Assembly (NCBI GenBank): GCA_020353515.1
Contig: CP070695.1
Location: forward strand, 3,488,050-3,552,049
DNA length: 64,000 bases
Direction: 5' to 3'
DNA from: Candidatus Heimdallarchaeota archaeon
GTDB lineage: Archaea > Asgardarchaeota > Heimdallarchaeia > Hodarchaeales > Hodarchaeaceae
The notes beneath the pieces were generated by a model, which made no database searches, was not told the DNA's origin, and saw nothing but the letters and a program-made list of their open reading frames with translations. How positions within the stretch are numbered: the first letter of the stretch is position 1; every line of letters begins with the position of its first letter. This document shows positions 47,730-57,121 of the stretch, piece by piece. The position numbers and the translations under genes were made by a program.

Positions 47730-49117
47730 AGTACTCTCTTTATTTCATTGATTAATTCCTCTTTATTAGGGATAATTGAGGACCATTTTAGCTCACCATT
47801 TATTAAAATACAAGGAAGGTGTTGGATATTCAATTTTTTTGCTCGTGCAACATTCTCTCGTTTGATAAATCTGTATTCTGTCAGTTCTATTTTGTCCCCA
47901 AATTCTTTCTTTGCATCAAGGGCTGTTGCAAGCATATACCCGCAAGCTGCACATGTAGCAGAGTCAATGGTAAAAACTTCAATAATAGGTTTGGTTAAAC
48001 TCTTGTAGTCTGGTAATTCAACCTCGATATCTATTTCCGCGATTTCATAATTTGTTAGTGACTTTTTAATTAGTTCAGGCTCCTTAATTGCTTGAAACGC
48101 TCCAATCACATTATCAGGGGGAACATCATATGGCATGTCGCAACCCGGGGCGATAATCAAATTGTCCTTTCCGACATCATCAATTAATTTGATAACATAT
48201 TTCATATTATCTTGTTGAGAGCCGAATAACATAACGGTTGTAAGAGGAATATTCCCACCTAGTACAATATTTTTCGGTTTAACTATGTTCATTGCTTTTA
48301 TCATATCAATATTTTCATCTACAAACATAGAATCGGGATTTGTCTTTGCAATTAGTGATAAGTTTTTAGTGGCATCTCCACATACAAAAAAGGATGAAAA
48401 ATGGTTTTTTCTCTTAATTTCGTGGAATATCTCCTGAAAATGGTTTGTCAGATATTCCTCAAATGTGTGCGGGGAGATTTGTGATACAACTGGATCTACA
48501 ACAGCAATAACATCCATTCCTGCGTTAATATAATGATCATTCACTTTTTGACAAACTTGGGTCGTATAATCAAGTAATTCGTGCACGAACTCCTTATTTT
48601 GGAATAAATCCAAATATACATTTGTTCCACGGAGATGAGACGCTAGAGTCAAAGGACCTGTTGTTAAACCAAAGAGGGCTGTTCTGTCTCCAATCATTCT
48701 TTTCAATTCATCCATTACCTCAAGAATCATTGGGAGTCTTCCATCAGTAGCTTGGGGTAAATTTGTTGGAACAACTGGATTGTTTTTTAAAGGATGAGAA
48801 ATAACCATTGGAGGGTTCTTATCACTCCATTTTAAACCACAACCCAAAATCTCAGCCTCAACTTGTAAATCAAACAGAACTGGTTGACCATCAGGATGAT
48901 ACAGCTTATTAACTTCAATTAAGCATTCAAATAATCTGTTTTTATTAGTTAGTATATCAGTGGCAGTGTATTTCTTTAGAAAAGCGGAATGTACTCCTGC
49001 AAATGGAACCCAAGGGATTTGATCTACTTTTTGATGTTTAAATACCTTAAAAAGCAGTTCTTTACCCCTTTCTTGATTATGGCTGTGTATATTCACTATC
49101 TTTTGCCTCTCATTCAA
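47726..49117 (-). CDS. Uroporphyrinogen decarboxylase / MtaA-CmuA family protein with C-terminal thioredoxin-like domain
   Basis: DLQVEAEILG, GPLTLA, CGD, GNIP, APGCD; C-terminal CAAC...LPCILING. Confidence 0.85.
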   Translation of the reverse strand: MNERQKIVNIHSHNQERGKELLFKVFKHQKVDQIPWVPFAGVHSAFLKKYTATDILTNKNRLFECLIEVNKLYHPDGQPVLFDLQVEAEILGCGLKWSDKNPPMVISHPLKNNPVVPTNLPQATDGRLPMILEVMDELKRMIGDRTALFGLTTGPLTLASHLRGTNVYLDLFQNKEFVHELLDYTTQVCQKVNDHYINAGMDVIAVVDPVVSQISPHTFEEYLTNHFQEIFHEIKRKNHFSSFFVCGDATKNLSLIAKTNPDSMFVDENIDMIKAMNIVKPKNIVLGGNIPLTTVMLFGSQQDNMKYVIKLIDDVGKDNLIIAPGCDMPYDVPPDNVIGAFQAIKEPELIKKSLTNYEIAEIDIEVELPDYKSLTKPIIEVFTIDSATCAACGYMLATALDAKKEFGDKIELTEYRFIKRENVARAKKLNIQHLPCILINGELKWSSIIPNKEELINEIKRVL

Positions 49118-49200
49118 GGACGCACTAAGTTATAATCATCATAACTTAAAAATTTCTGCTTATTTAGATTGTTATCAAAGGAATAAGTTGGTGAAAATCT

Positions 49201-50655
49201 ATGCCATTAAAAACACCTGAAGAATATCTTGAGAGTATCAAAAGAGAAGTAACTCTGTATATGTTTGGTGAAAAAATTAAAGAATTTTGGAAACACCCAT
49301 ATTTTAAAATAATTGAGCCCTCAATTAACACAGTAAGAAAAATTTATGAACTCGCTCAAATGGATGAATACAAACATCTCATGACTGCTACATCACACCT
49401 GACTGGTGGGACTGTGAATCGTTTTACCCACATTCACCAATCTGTTGAAGATCTAATTCTTAAAATAAAAATGCAAAGACTTGTCGGGCAACAGACAGCA
49501 TGTTGTTTTCAACGATGTGTTGGCTTTGATGCTGCAAATGCCCTCTATAGTGTAACCTGGGAGATAGATAAAAAATGTGGTACAAACTATCATGAACGCT
49601 TTAAGAACTATTGGATTGGGGTTCAAAAAGAAGATCTAATGGTAGCAGGAACAATGACAGATACAAAAGGTGATCGTAGTAAAAGACCAAATCAACAATC
49701 TGACCCAGATCAATACCTACGCGTCGTTGAGGAAGGTGAAGATGGAATTATAGTTCGAGGAGCAAAGATTCATCAGACAGGTTTTCTTAACTCTCATAAG
49801 GCTATTATTATGCCTACTCTATCTTTGAGACCTGGGGAAGAGGACTATGCTGTTAGTTTTGGCATAGATACAAACGAAAAAGGTATAACAATGGTTTACG
49901 GTAGACAGACATGTGATACTCGTAAAATGGAGGAAGGAAAGTATGATATTGGAAATTGGAAATATGGTGGACAAGAGATTTTTGTAATCTTTGATGATGT
50001 GTTTGTCCCTGTCGATCAAATTTTCATGAAAGGAGAAATAAAGTTTTCAGGAGATTTAGTAAATAGATTTGCAGGTTTCCATAGACAATCTTATGGTGGA
50101 TGCAAAGTCGGAGTAGGTGACGTTCTAATCGGTGCAACAGCGTTAATAGCTCAATATAATGGAGTTGAGAGAGTATCACATCTTAGAGATAAGATAGTTG
50201 AAATGCTACATCTAAATGAAACACTTTATTGTTGTGGTATTGCCTGTAGCTCTTTAGGTTTTCAAAGAGAAGCAGGAAATTATGAAATGGACATGCTTCT
50301 AGCAAACATATGTAAACAGAATGTCACGAGATTTCCTTATGAGATCGGTCGCTTAGCAGAAGATGTAGCTGGAGGAATTATTTGTACGATGCCATCTCAG
50401 GCCGATTTTGATTCCAAAGAAGTTGGGGCTTTAGTAAAGAAATACCTCTCAACTTGTGATGATGTACCAGTGGAAGCACGTTATAAGCTTCTTCGATTCA
50501 TAGAAAATCTATCAATGGGTGTTGCCTCTCTAAGTTATAAAACAGAATCATTACATGGCGCTGGTTCTCCACAAGCACAAAGGATTATGATAAGCAGACA
50601 GGGGAATTTAGAAGAGAAAATTCTTCTAGTGAAAGAAATTCTTGATATAGATTAA
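49201..50655 (+). CDS. abfD: 4-hydroxybutyryl-CoA dehydratase
   Basis: CFQRCVG.D, MTD.KGDRS, RGAK.HQTG, FHRQSYGGCK, ESLHGAGSPQAQ. Confidence 0.9.
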   Translation: MPLKTPEEYLESIKREVTLYMFGEKIKEFWKHPYFKIIEPSINTVRKIYELAQMDEYKHLMTATSHLTGGTVNRFTHIHQSVEDLILKIKMQRLVGQQTACCFQRCVGFDAANALYSVTWEIDKKCGTNYHERFKNYWIGVQKEDLMVAGTMTDTKGDRSKRPNQQSDPDQYLRVVEEGEDGIIVRGAKIHQTGFLNSHKAIIMPTLSLRPGEEDYAVSFGIDTNEKGITMVYGRQTCDTRKMEEGKYDIGNWKYGGQEIFVIFDDVFVPVDQIFMKGEIKFSGDLVNRFAGFHRQSYGGCKVGVGDVLIGATALIAQYNGVERVSHLRDKIVEMLHLNETLYCCGIACSSLGFQREAGNYEMDMLLANICKQNVTRFPYEIGRLAEDVAGGIICTMPSQADFDSKEVGALVKKYLSTCDDVPVEARYKLLRFIENLSMGVASLSYKTESLHGAGSPQAQRIMISRQGNLEEKILLVKEILDID

Positions 50656-50662
50656 GATGAAT

Positions 50663-51739
50663 TTATGTTTCTTTGATTTTCTCAAGAAATAATTGAAATT
50701 GGTTTTGAGTCAAAAATGCACCACAGGCTTTTGGATGTCCGCCTCCAAATCCAGAGAACATCGGTATAAAATTTATATCGCTGTCTGATGGTGCTCTTGC
50801 AGATACTCGACAAAATTTTTTACATGAATAAGCTACAACTGGTTTTCCGATCAATTCTGCTATTATTCTTCCAATAACCCCATTTCCTATTAAAGAAGTA
50901 TTATTGATTAACCATATACCAGATTTTGTTGTCTCAGTTGGCTTTTTTGGGACTTGTTGGACAATGTTGAAAAACTCTTGATTATTCTTGCTAAGAATTT
51001 TTCTTACAAGTTCTTGTGCTGTTGATAGATCGGTTATTTCGTTGATAAATCGAAGATATAATTCTTTCCAACCTTCTTCTACACCTTCAAAGCTTAATGC
51101 TTCGATTTTTTCCTTAAAATAGGGATAAATCAGTCCATCGTAATTTTTTTGTTCAAAGAGATAGTCAAACTGGACATGGCTTTCTTCAAAGATATTTTTA
51201 AGTTTCGGATCGTAAAAATATTTAATTTTTCTATCCTGATTCACTGTGAAATTAATACCCGCGTCTGCTAATATCCCTAACAAGTTCAAGTAATCATATA
51301 ATGGTTCAGTTTTAAGTCCTAATTCCATTATAACTTCATAAACTAAAAAAGTAGCTGGGAGGTAACATTTACCGTCCTTACATGGATTGTACATAACGAC
51401 TCGTTGTGGAAATCCTTTTTCGCTTGTTACATGATGATCAATTGCAAAAGATTGCCTTGCTTGGTTTGCTGCTCTACGATAGTTTGGTGTATTGTCATAA
51501 GCTAAATCCACCATGATTAAAATATCGAATTCTTGATCGATTGGAATCTCCCATCGTAATTCATTTCGAAAATATGTTTCTACTTCGATATCAAACAAAT
51601 TAAAGAGTGCAAGATCAAGTAAAATGGCACTAAATACTCCATCAAGATCATTATCAGCTGCTATGGCAACTGAAGGATCATTAGAACTTAAAATTGATTT
51701 TAAAGAAGCAGTGAAATCATTTAGTGTTAAAAACATCAT
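50663..51739 (-). CDS. DHH/DHHA1 phosphoesterase (RecJ/NrnA-like)
   Basis: DNDLDG, MVD, IDHH, SAR, GGGHPKACG. Confidence 0.88.
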   Translation of the reverse strand: MMFLTLNDFTASLKSILSSNDPSVAIAADNDLDGVFSAILLDLALFNLFDIEVETYFRNELRWEIPIDQEFDILIMVDLAYDNTPNYRRAANQARQSFAIDHHVTSEKGFPQRVVMYNPCKDGKCYLPATFLVYEVIMELGLKTEPLYDYLNLLGILADAGINFTVNQDRKIKYFYDPKLKNIFEESHVQFDYLFEQKNYDGLIYPYFKEKIEALSFEGVEEGWKELYLRFINEITDLSTAQELVRKILSKNNQEFFNIVQQVPKKPTETTKSGIWLINNTSLIGNGVIGRIIAELIGKPVVAYSCKKFCRVSARAPSDSDINFIPMFSGFGGGHPKACGAFLTQNQFQLFLEKIKET

Positions 51740-51804
51740 TTCAACCTCAAATAATCACTCAAGTTTTAAGGGGTCTGTGGATTCTCTCAAAGCCTTTAGA
51801 TTTA

Positions 51805-52731
51805 TTATTTCATAAAATCAGTCAATTTTGGAGCATTAAAAGTCTTTTCAAACTCACTAATACGTCTTTCAGCTAATGCTACATAGTTTTCTTCTATCTC
51901 ATAACCAATATAGTAGCGATTTGTTTTAATAGCTGCTATAGCTGTTTGTCCGCTTCCAATGAAAGGATCAAGGATTATATCATTTTCATATGAATTAAGT
52001 TGAATTATTCTATAAGGTAACTCAACTGGAAAAGGTGCTGGATGGCCAATCCTCTTTGCGGATTCTGTTGAAAATTTCCACACACTTTTAGTTAATTCCA
52101 AAAATTCATCCCTAGTAATAGTGCTTTTTCGTTTGTCAGGTGTCTCTCGTTTGTACTGATCTTTGGAAAATATAAGGATGTACTCATGAACATCTCTTAA
52201 TGAGGGATTAGTAGGAGACATCCAACTACCCCAAGCTGTTGAGGTTCCAGCACTAGCAGATTTATCCCAGATGATTTCTCCTCTCATTAAAAAACCTATT
52301 TCTAACATTGTATTAATTATGAAAGAGTGTAAAGGAATGTAAGGTTTTCTTCCTAGATTTGCAACGTTTATACAAGCCCTACCACTAGGAACAAGAACCC
52401 TCTGAACCTCCTTCCAAACGCGTTTAAGAAAAGCTAGATATTCTTTCAGAGTGAGATTATTATCATAGTCTTTACCAACGTTATAGGGGGGTGATGTGAC
52501 CATTAAATGGATGCTATTGTCTGGAAGCTCCTCCATATATTCCGAACTGGAGGTAAAAATTTTATTTAGGTATCTTGAAGGGATTGGATTCTCAATATAT
52601 TGAACGCTCTCTTCATTTGGAAGATTGTTATACAGTCTGCTACTATAAAACATTGTCGAATCATGGCCTTCTCTACCTGGAGATCCGAATGTACTGGTTT
52701 TAGTTCTTTTTCCTCTTTTCTTTTCCTCCAT
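51805..52731 (-). CDS. Beta-class N4-cytosine/N6-adenine DNA methyltransferase
   Basis: VTSPPYN precedes HPAPFP and LDPFIGSGQT. Confidence 0.92.
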   Translation of the reverse strand: MEEKKRGKRTKTSTFGSPGREGHDSTMFYSSRLYNNLPNEESVQYIENPIPSRYLNKIFTSSSEYMEELPDNSIHLMVTSPPYNVGKDYDNNLTLKEYLAFLKRVWKEVQRVLVPSGRACINVANLGRKPYIPLHSFIINTMLEIGFLMRGEIIWDKSASAGTSTAWGSWMSPTNPSLRDVHEYILIFSKDQYKRETPDKRKSTITRDEFLELTKSVWKFSTESAKRIGHPAPFPVELPYRIIQLNSYENDIILDPFIGSGQTAIAAIKTNRYYIGYEIEENYVALAERRISEFEKTFNAPKLTDFMK

Positions 52732-52885
52732 TTAAATCATCCATCTAGTAATCAATCTATTCTATAGAGTTATTCTCAAATTAGTTCATTTGAATAGCGT
52801 ACATTTCCGATAGTGTGGTGAAAGACACCTTTAACTTATGTTACACACACAATTAGGTCTATTAATTTAAGAGCTCTTTTTTATT

Positions 52886-53128
52886 TTGATGAAAATGAAA
52901 GAATTTTTCCATGTGATGCAGATTGGTTCGATATTAGGTAGTGGTATTTTTTTCATTGGGACTATTTTTGCCTATTACTACCAAGAATCATCTCAAGGCA
53001 TGCTACCAGTAATTCATTATCCATTTCGTGAACTTAGTGGAAGTTTCTTAATAATCACTGTATTCTTATTATTTTTATTTTTGTCTATCACAATATACCA
53101 CGAATCTACGAAACAATCAACAGATTAA
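52886..53128 (+). CDS. Small 2-TM hypothetical protein
   Basis: Two hydrophobic segments. Confidence 0.55.
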   Translation: MMKMKEFFHVMQIGSILGSGIFFIGTIFAYYYQESSQGMLPVIHYPFRELSGSFLIITVFLLFLFLSITIYHESTKQSTD

Positions 53129-53137
53129 CATAAGAGA

Positions 53138-53338
53138 TTAGTCTTTTGTTCTCACCTTTTGATTTGACTTAGTAATCGCTTTCAAAATAATATCAAGATT
53201 TGTTTTTGACCACTCTGCAAAGAGATGTAAAGAAAATTCCTTTCGAACATCATTTAAGGTTCCCTTATAAAGATAGGATGCAACTTTATCGAACATTTCT
53301 TCTTCAGGAGATCTTTCAACAGACATAATCTTTAACAC
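53138..53338 (-). CDS. Small hypothetical protein
   Basis: 66-aa ORF fitting an intergenic gap. Confidence 0.45.
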   Translation of the reverse strand: MLKIMSVERSPEEEMFDKVASYLYKGTLNDVRKEFSLHLFAEWSKTNLDIILKAITKSNQKVRTKD

Positions 53339-53450
53339 TCACTTTCATCACAGCGAATCTATCCATTAAATAATATTCTTGATCACAAGTTCAAAAATAG
53401 ACTAATATTCAATTCCTCCCCTATTTCGATTGATAAAAGAAAGTGTGATA

Positions 53451-54275
53451 ATGGAACAGTTTACAAAATTTTTACCTCAGATTCGGGAGGATATTAATCA
53501 TAGCCTTGATATTTGGAAAAATCTCTTAATCAATGAATTCAAAGAGAATATTGAATTTATATATGCTAAAGGATCAGCAGTAAAGCAATGGGATTCACCG
53601 CTAGATTATGTTCCAATCTTAAGTGATCTTGATATTCACTTCAAGCTGGTCGACAATTATGTGATATTTCAAAATATTTCAGATCCAGTAATAAAATCAC
53701 TTGAAATCTCAGAAAAATATGAGCAAATCTTCAGAACAAAGTATACTAAGTCTCTTCATTTACCTCGTACCCAGATAGTTACAATAAATCATCTAAAAAA
53801 AATACCACAATATGTTCCTCCTAGATTAAGTGATGTTCAGGTTATTTATGGCAAACCAATCCTCCCATCAAATCCTGGACCTCAGAGAATTCGTGAAATC
53901 GATTACGATCATCTCATCAAATCCAAGGAGACCCTCGAAAACACTCCGATGAGTCTCATCGATCGAAGTGGCCTTGATTATTGGGTTCTAATTAGAAGAA
54001 TTAACTGGCAAGTATCTCCTACCCCTTTTCGAGTATTAACACAAATATCAAATATTGCTCCTATGGAAATTTGGAGTTGGAACCGTTCAAAGATAATAAC
54101 TGAACTAAGAAATCATGGCCTTGAAGAAATAGTTGAACACTACATACAATTTTATCTAAATGGATGGGAAGCCTTTTTAGCTCAACATCGAAATTCTCAA
54201 CACCTACGGCAAATTATCTTTCATGGGTGTAAGGTTCTTCATTCAGCACTACAAATTCTGCAAGAACTAAAATAA
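53451..54275 (+). CDS. Nucleotidyltransferase-fold protein
   Basis: IYAKGSA...SDLDIH (GS + DxD) followed by a helical region; ATG 53451 or TTG 53430. Confidence 0.65.
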   Translation: MEQFTKFLPQIREDINHSLDIWKNLLINEFKENIEFIYAKGSAVKQWDSPLDYVPILSDLDIHFKLVDNYVIFQNISDPVIKSLEISEKYEQIFRTKYTKSLHLPRTQIVTINHLKKIPQYVPPRLSDVQVIYGKPILPSNPGPQRIREIDYDHLIKSKETLENTPMSLIDRSGLDYWVLIRRINWQVSPTPFRVLTQISNIAPMEIWSWNRSKIITELRNHGLEEIVEHYIQFYLNGWEAFLAQHRNSQHLRQIIFHGCKVLHSALQILQELK

Positions 54276-54316
54276 AACATGATATGTTTCTTCAATTCGC
54301 TTAGGAGATTCATTTT

Positions 54317-54991
54317 ATGGTTACCCAAGCAGAGTTACTCAAGATAGATACAATAATCTTTGACTTTGATGGTACACTACACAAAGGTGACATTTTAAGT
54401 CTCCCCATTTTCCATGAATGCCTTCAAGCACTTTATAATGAATTTCAAATTGATCTAAAATATCCTTCAGACGAAATAATTCTCTCACAGTTCGGAAAAC
54501 AAGCTGATGACATATACCCATCACTTTTAAAGACTACTGACCTGCAAATCATCTCTACATTTGAAAAATGTGTGGAGGAAGCTGAAGTACAGGCGTTCAA
54601 TGACGGAAAAGGTGAACTATATCCTAATGTTGACTCAACTCTAACTACTCTGAAAAATCGTAAATACAGATTAGCACTTTGCACTAACGCCCGTGTTGAT
54701 TACTTCGAAGCAGCTGTAGAAAACTTTAATTTAGGTAAATATTTTGACGAAATGATGGCTGCAGGTCATAATCCAGGGAAAAACAAGACATGGATGGTTT
54801 GCAAGATTGTTGAAAAATTGAAATCAAAGCGTTTCGCAGTTGTAGGTGATAGATTCCACGATATTCAGGCTGCAAAAAACAATGGAGGGATTGCGATAGG
54901 ATGTGAATACGGATTTGGGAAAACAGAAGTAAAAGAAGCTGATCTTCAAATTACACATTTTGAAGAGCTTCTTGCCATTTTTCAAAGGTGA
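54317..54991 (+). CDS. HAD hydrolase (phosphoglycolate phosphatase-like)
   Basis: FDFDGTL, CTN, K, VGDRFHD; SD AGGAG. Confidence 0.88.
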   Translation: MVTQAELLKIDTIIFDFDGTLHKGDILSLPIFHECLQALYNEFQIDLKYPSDEIILSQFGKQADDIYPSLLKTTDLQIISTFEKCVEEAEVQAFNDGKGELYPNVDSTLTTLKNRKYRLALCTNARVDYFEAAVENFNLGKYFDEMMAAGHNPGKNKTWMVCKIVEKLKSKRFAVVGDRFHDIQAAKNNGGIAIGCEYGFGKTEVKEADLQITHFEELLAIFQR

Positions 54992-55163
54992 ATTTCCTAT
55001 ATTAGAGCAGGTTATATTGTAATTCTAATATAAACACAATTTTCTTATATATAATTCTAAGAAGAACGTTTAGTATAAGAAATTGGGTTAAGGCTACAAT
55101 TCTAAGGCTAACCTATTATTCTTATCTTATTAGAAATAAATTAACAAAAATGACGTGATAAAT

Positions 55164-55508
55164 ATGGGCGCTGGAAAAGACGCAGTAGTAGAATTTGTTA
55201 ACGCAATAAACGCAAATGATGAAGTAAAAGGAATGCTAAAAAATTGGGTAAAAAACGCATGTTACAAACTCGAAGGTGAAGATGGACCATTCTGGGTAGA
55301 GCATAAAGCAGATGGTTCCGCAGAATTTCATGATGGAGAACCAGACAAAGCTCACTTCACATTCATTGGACCAACTCAAATCTGGGCAGATATCTCTACT
55401 GGGAAAGAAGATGCACAAAAAGCCTTCTTTGCTAAAAAATATAAGATTGAGGGAGATGTGATGGGAACAATGAAGTTACTGCCCGTTATTAAGAAGCTGC
55501 AAACATAA
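55164..55508 (+). CDS. SCP2 sterol/lipid-binding domain protein
   Basis: W..I..GKEDAQKAFF.KKYKIEGDVM..MKL. Confidence 0.85.
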   Translation: MGAGKDAVVEFVNAINANDEVKGMLKNWVKNACYKLEGEDGPFWVEHKADGSAEFHDGEPDKAHFTFIGPTQIWADISTGKEDAQKAFFAKKYKIEGDVMGTMKLLPVIKKLQT

Positions 55509-55555
55509 TTTCCCTTTCTTCTCTTTCATTTCTCTTTTTCTTTAATTTTTTCTTC
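55509..55555 (+). terminator. Putative archaeal oligo-T terminator after SCP2 gene
   Basis: Pyrimidine/T tract immediately after the stop codon. Confidence 0.4.
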
Positions 55556-55862
55556 ACATAATTCTGTTGGTATTTTTGTTTGTATTTTACAAAATTTTTA
55601 ATTACTTATTAACGAATCCAAATTATTTTTAACAATTTCTCCCAAACTGTAATCACAAAATAGCAGTAATAAAGCCGTAGAGCAAAAAAAAAGCGCAAAT
55701 ATTTTTAATTAAACCCTTATTGTTTGAATCAATTCCAGTTACTATAGCTATAGAAGGAGTACCCTTCAAAATTACCCTCACTCGGAAAAAAAGAGATAAA
55801 TTTTGAAAAACCCTCCTTTTCTGTGGACTTCATAAGGAATTAATCTAAAAGATAAAGAATAA

Positions 55863-57068
55863 ATGGTGAAAAAAGTTATGCATGAAGTTGTAATAGCTGA
55901 TTATCTTCGCACACCGTTTTCACGATCCCGTCCAGCTCAACCCGAAAGAGACAAGTTAAATGACTTTCGTATGGATATTCTAGCAGGAAAACTCATCAAA
56001 ACGATGATTGATAGAAAAGGGATCAATCCAGCAGAAATTGGTGATGTTTTAGTAGGATCCGCTTCGCAAGTAGGTGAACAATGGCTTTATGGTGGTAGGG
56101 GTGTTGTTGCTATGGCAGAGCTGCCTGAAACTGTACCTGCACAAGGTATAGATAGACAATGTGGTTCTTCTATGAATACAATACACACTGGAGCCATGCA
56201 AATTATGACAGGGTATTCAGATATTGTAGTTTCAGCTGGTCTTGAACATATGACACATGTACCAATGGCACCACAAGATAACATTGATCCGCCAATGTTT
56301 CTTGCAGCAGAGGAAAAATACAAGCAATATGATTTTGAAACAGGCTTCAATATGGGGTGGACTGCAGAGAAGCTTTTCAAACAAGCAGCGAAAAAATTTG
56401 GAGTGACACGAGAAGATTTAGATAAGTACAGTCTTGAATCACATGAACTGGCAGCTAAAGGTCAGGATGAAGGATTCTTTAACGATGAATTAATGCCCAT
56501 CGAGCTATCTTCGGGAGACAATTTTGATTCCGACGCATCAGTCCGTCGGGGTAGTACCATGGAAATAATGGGCAGTTTAATGCCATCTTTCGATTTCGAA
56601 GGTGTTTGTACTCCGGGAAACTCAAGTCCATTAAATGCTGGAGCAACAGCAATGATTCTCATGTCAAAGGAAAAGGCTAAAGAATACGGAATTAATCCGA
56701 TAGCAACAATTAAATCATTAGGATGGGCAGCTGTTAACCCTGGAATTATGGGATTTGGGCCAGTCCCAGCCAGTAAAAAAGCTTTGAAGCATGCGGGTTT
56801 AGAAGTGAAAGATATTGATTTCTGGGAAATTAATGAAGCATTTGCGATTGTTGCTTTAAACTGTATTAAAGAACTTGGCATTGATCGAAATAAAGTTAAT
56901 GTTAAAGGTGGAGCAATAGCTATTGGCCACCCACTTGGTGCTACAGGTACTCGACTTGTTGGTACTTTAGCTCGAATTCTTAATTGGGAGGATGGCCAAT
57001 ATGGCTTAGCTAACGCTTGTATTGGAGGAGGCCAAGGAATCGCAACTGTAATTGAAAAAGGAGGATAG
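55863..57068 (+). CDS. Acetyl-CoA C-acyltransferase (thiolase, archaeal degradative type)
   Basis: DRQCGSS, GLEHMT, GNSSPLNAGA, NEAF, GHPLG, CIGGGQG. Confidence 0.93.
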   Translation: MVKKVMHEVVIADYLRTPFSRSRPAQPERDKLNDFRMDILAGKLIKTMIDRKGINPAEIGDVLVGSASQVGEQWLYGGRGVVAMAELPETVPAQGIDRQCGSSMNTIHTGAMQIMTGYSDIVVSAGLEHMTHVPMAPQDNIDPPMFLAAEEKYKQYDFETGFNMGWTAEKLFKQAAKKFGVTREDLDKYSLESHELAAKGQDEGFFNDELMPIELSSGDNFDSDASVRRGSTMEIMGSLMPSFDFEGVCTPGNSSPLNAGATAMILMSKEKAKEYGINPIATIKSLGWAAVNPGIMGFGPVPASKKALKHAGLEVKDIDFWEINEAFAIVALNCIKELGIDRNKVNVKGGAIAIGHPLGATGTRLVGTLARILNWEDGQYGLANACIGGGQGIATVIEKGG

Positions 57069-57121
57069 AACCTCTAATTTTCAAATAATGAAGTATGATA
57101 AAAATAAAAGGTGAATAAATC

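Noticed and set aside
55015-55115. AATTCTAA x3 and TAAGGCTA x2 upstream of SCP2
   Set aside because: Short AT-rich words that cannot be distinguished from chance without statistics.
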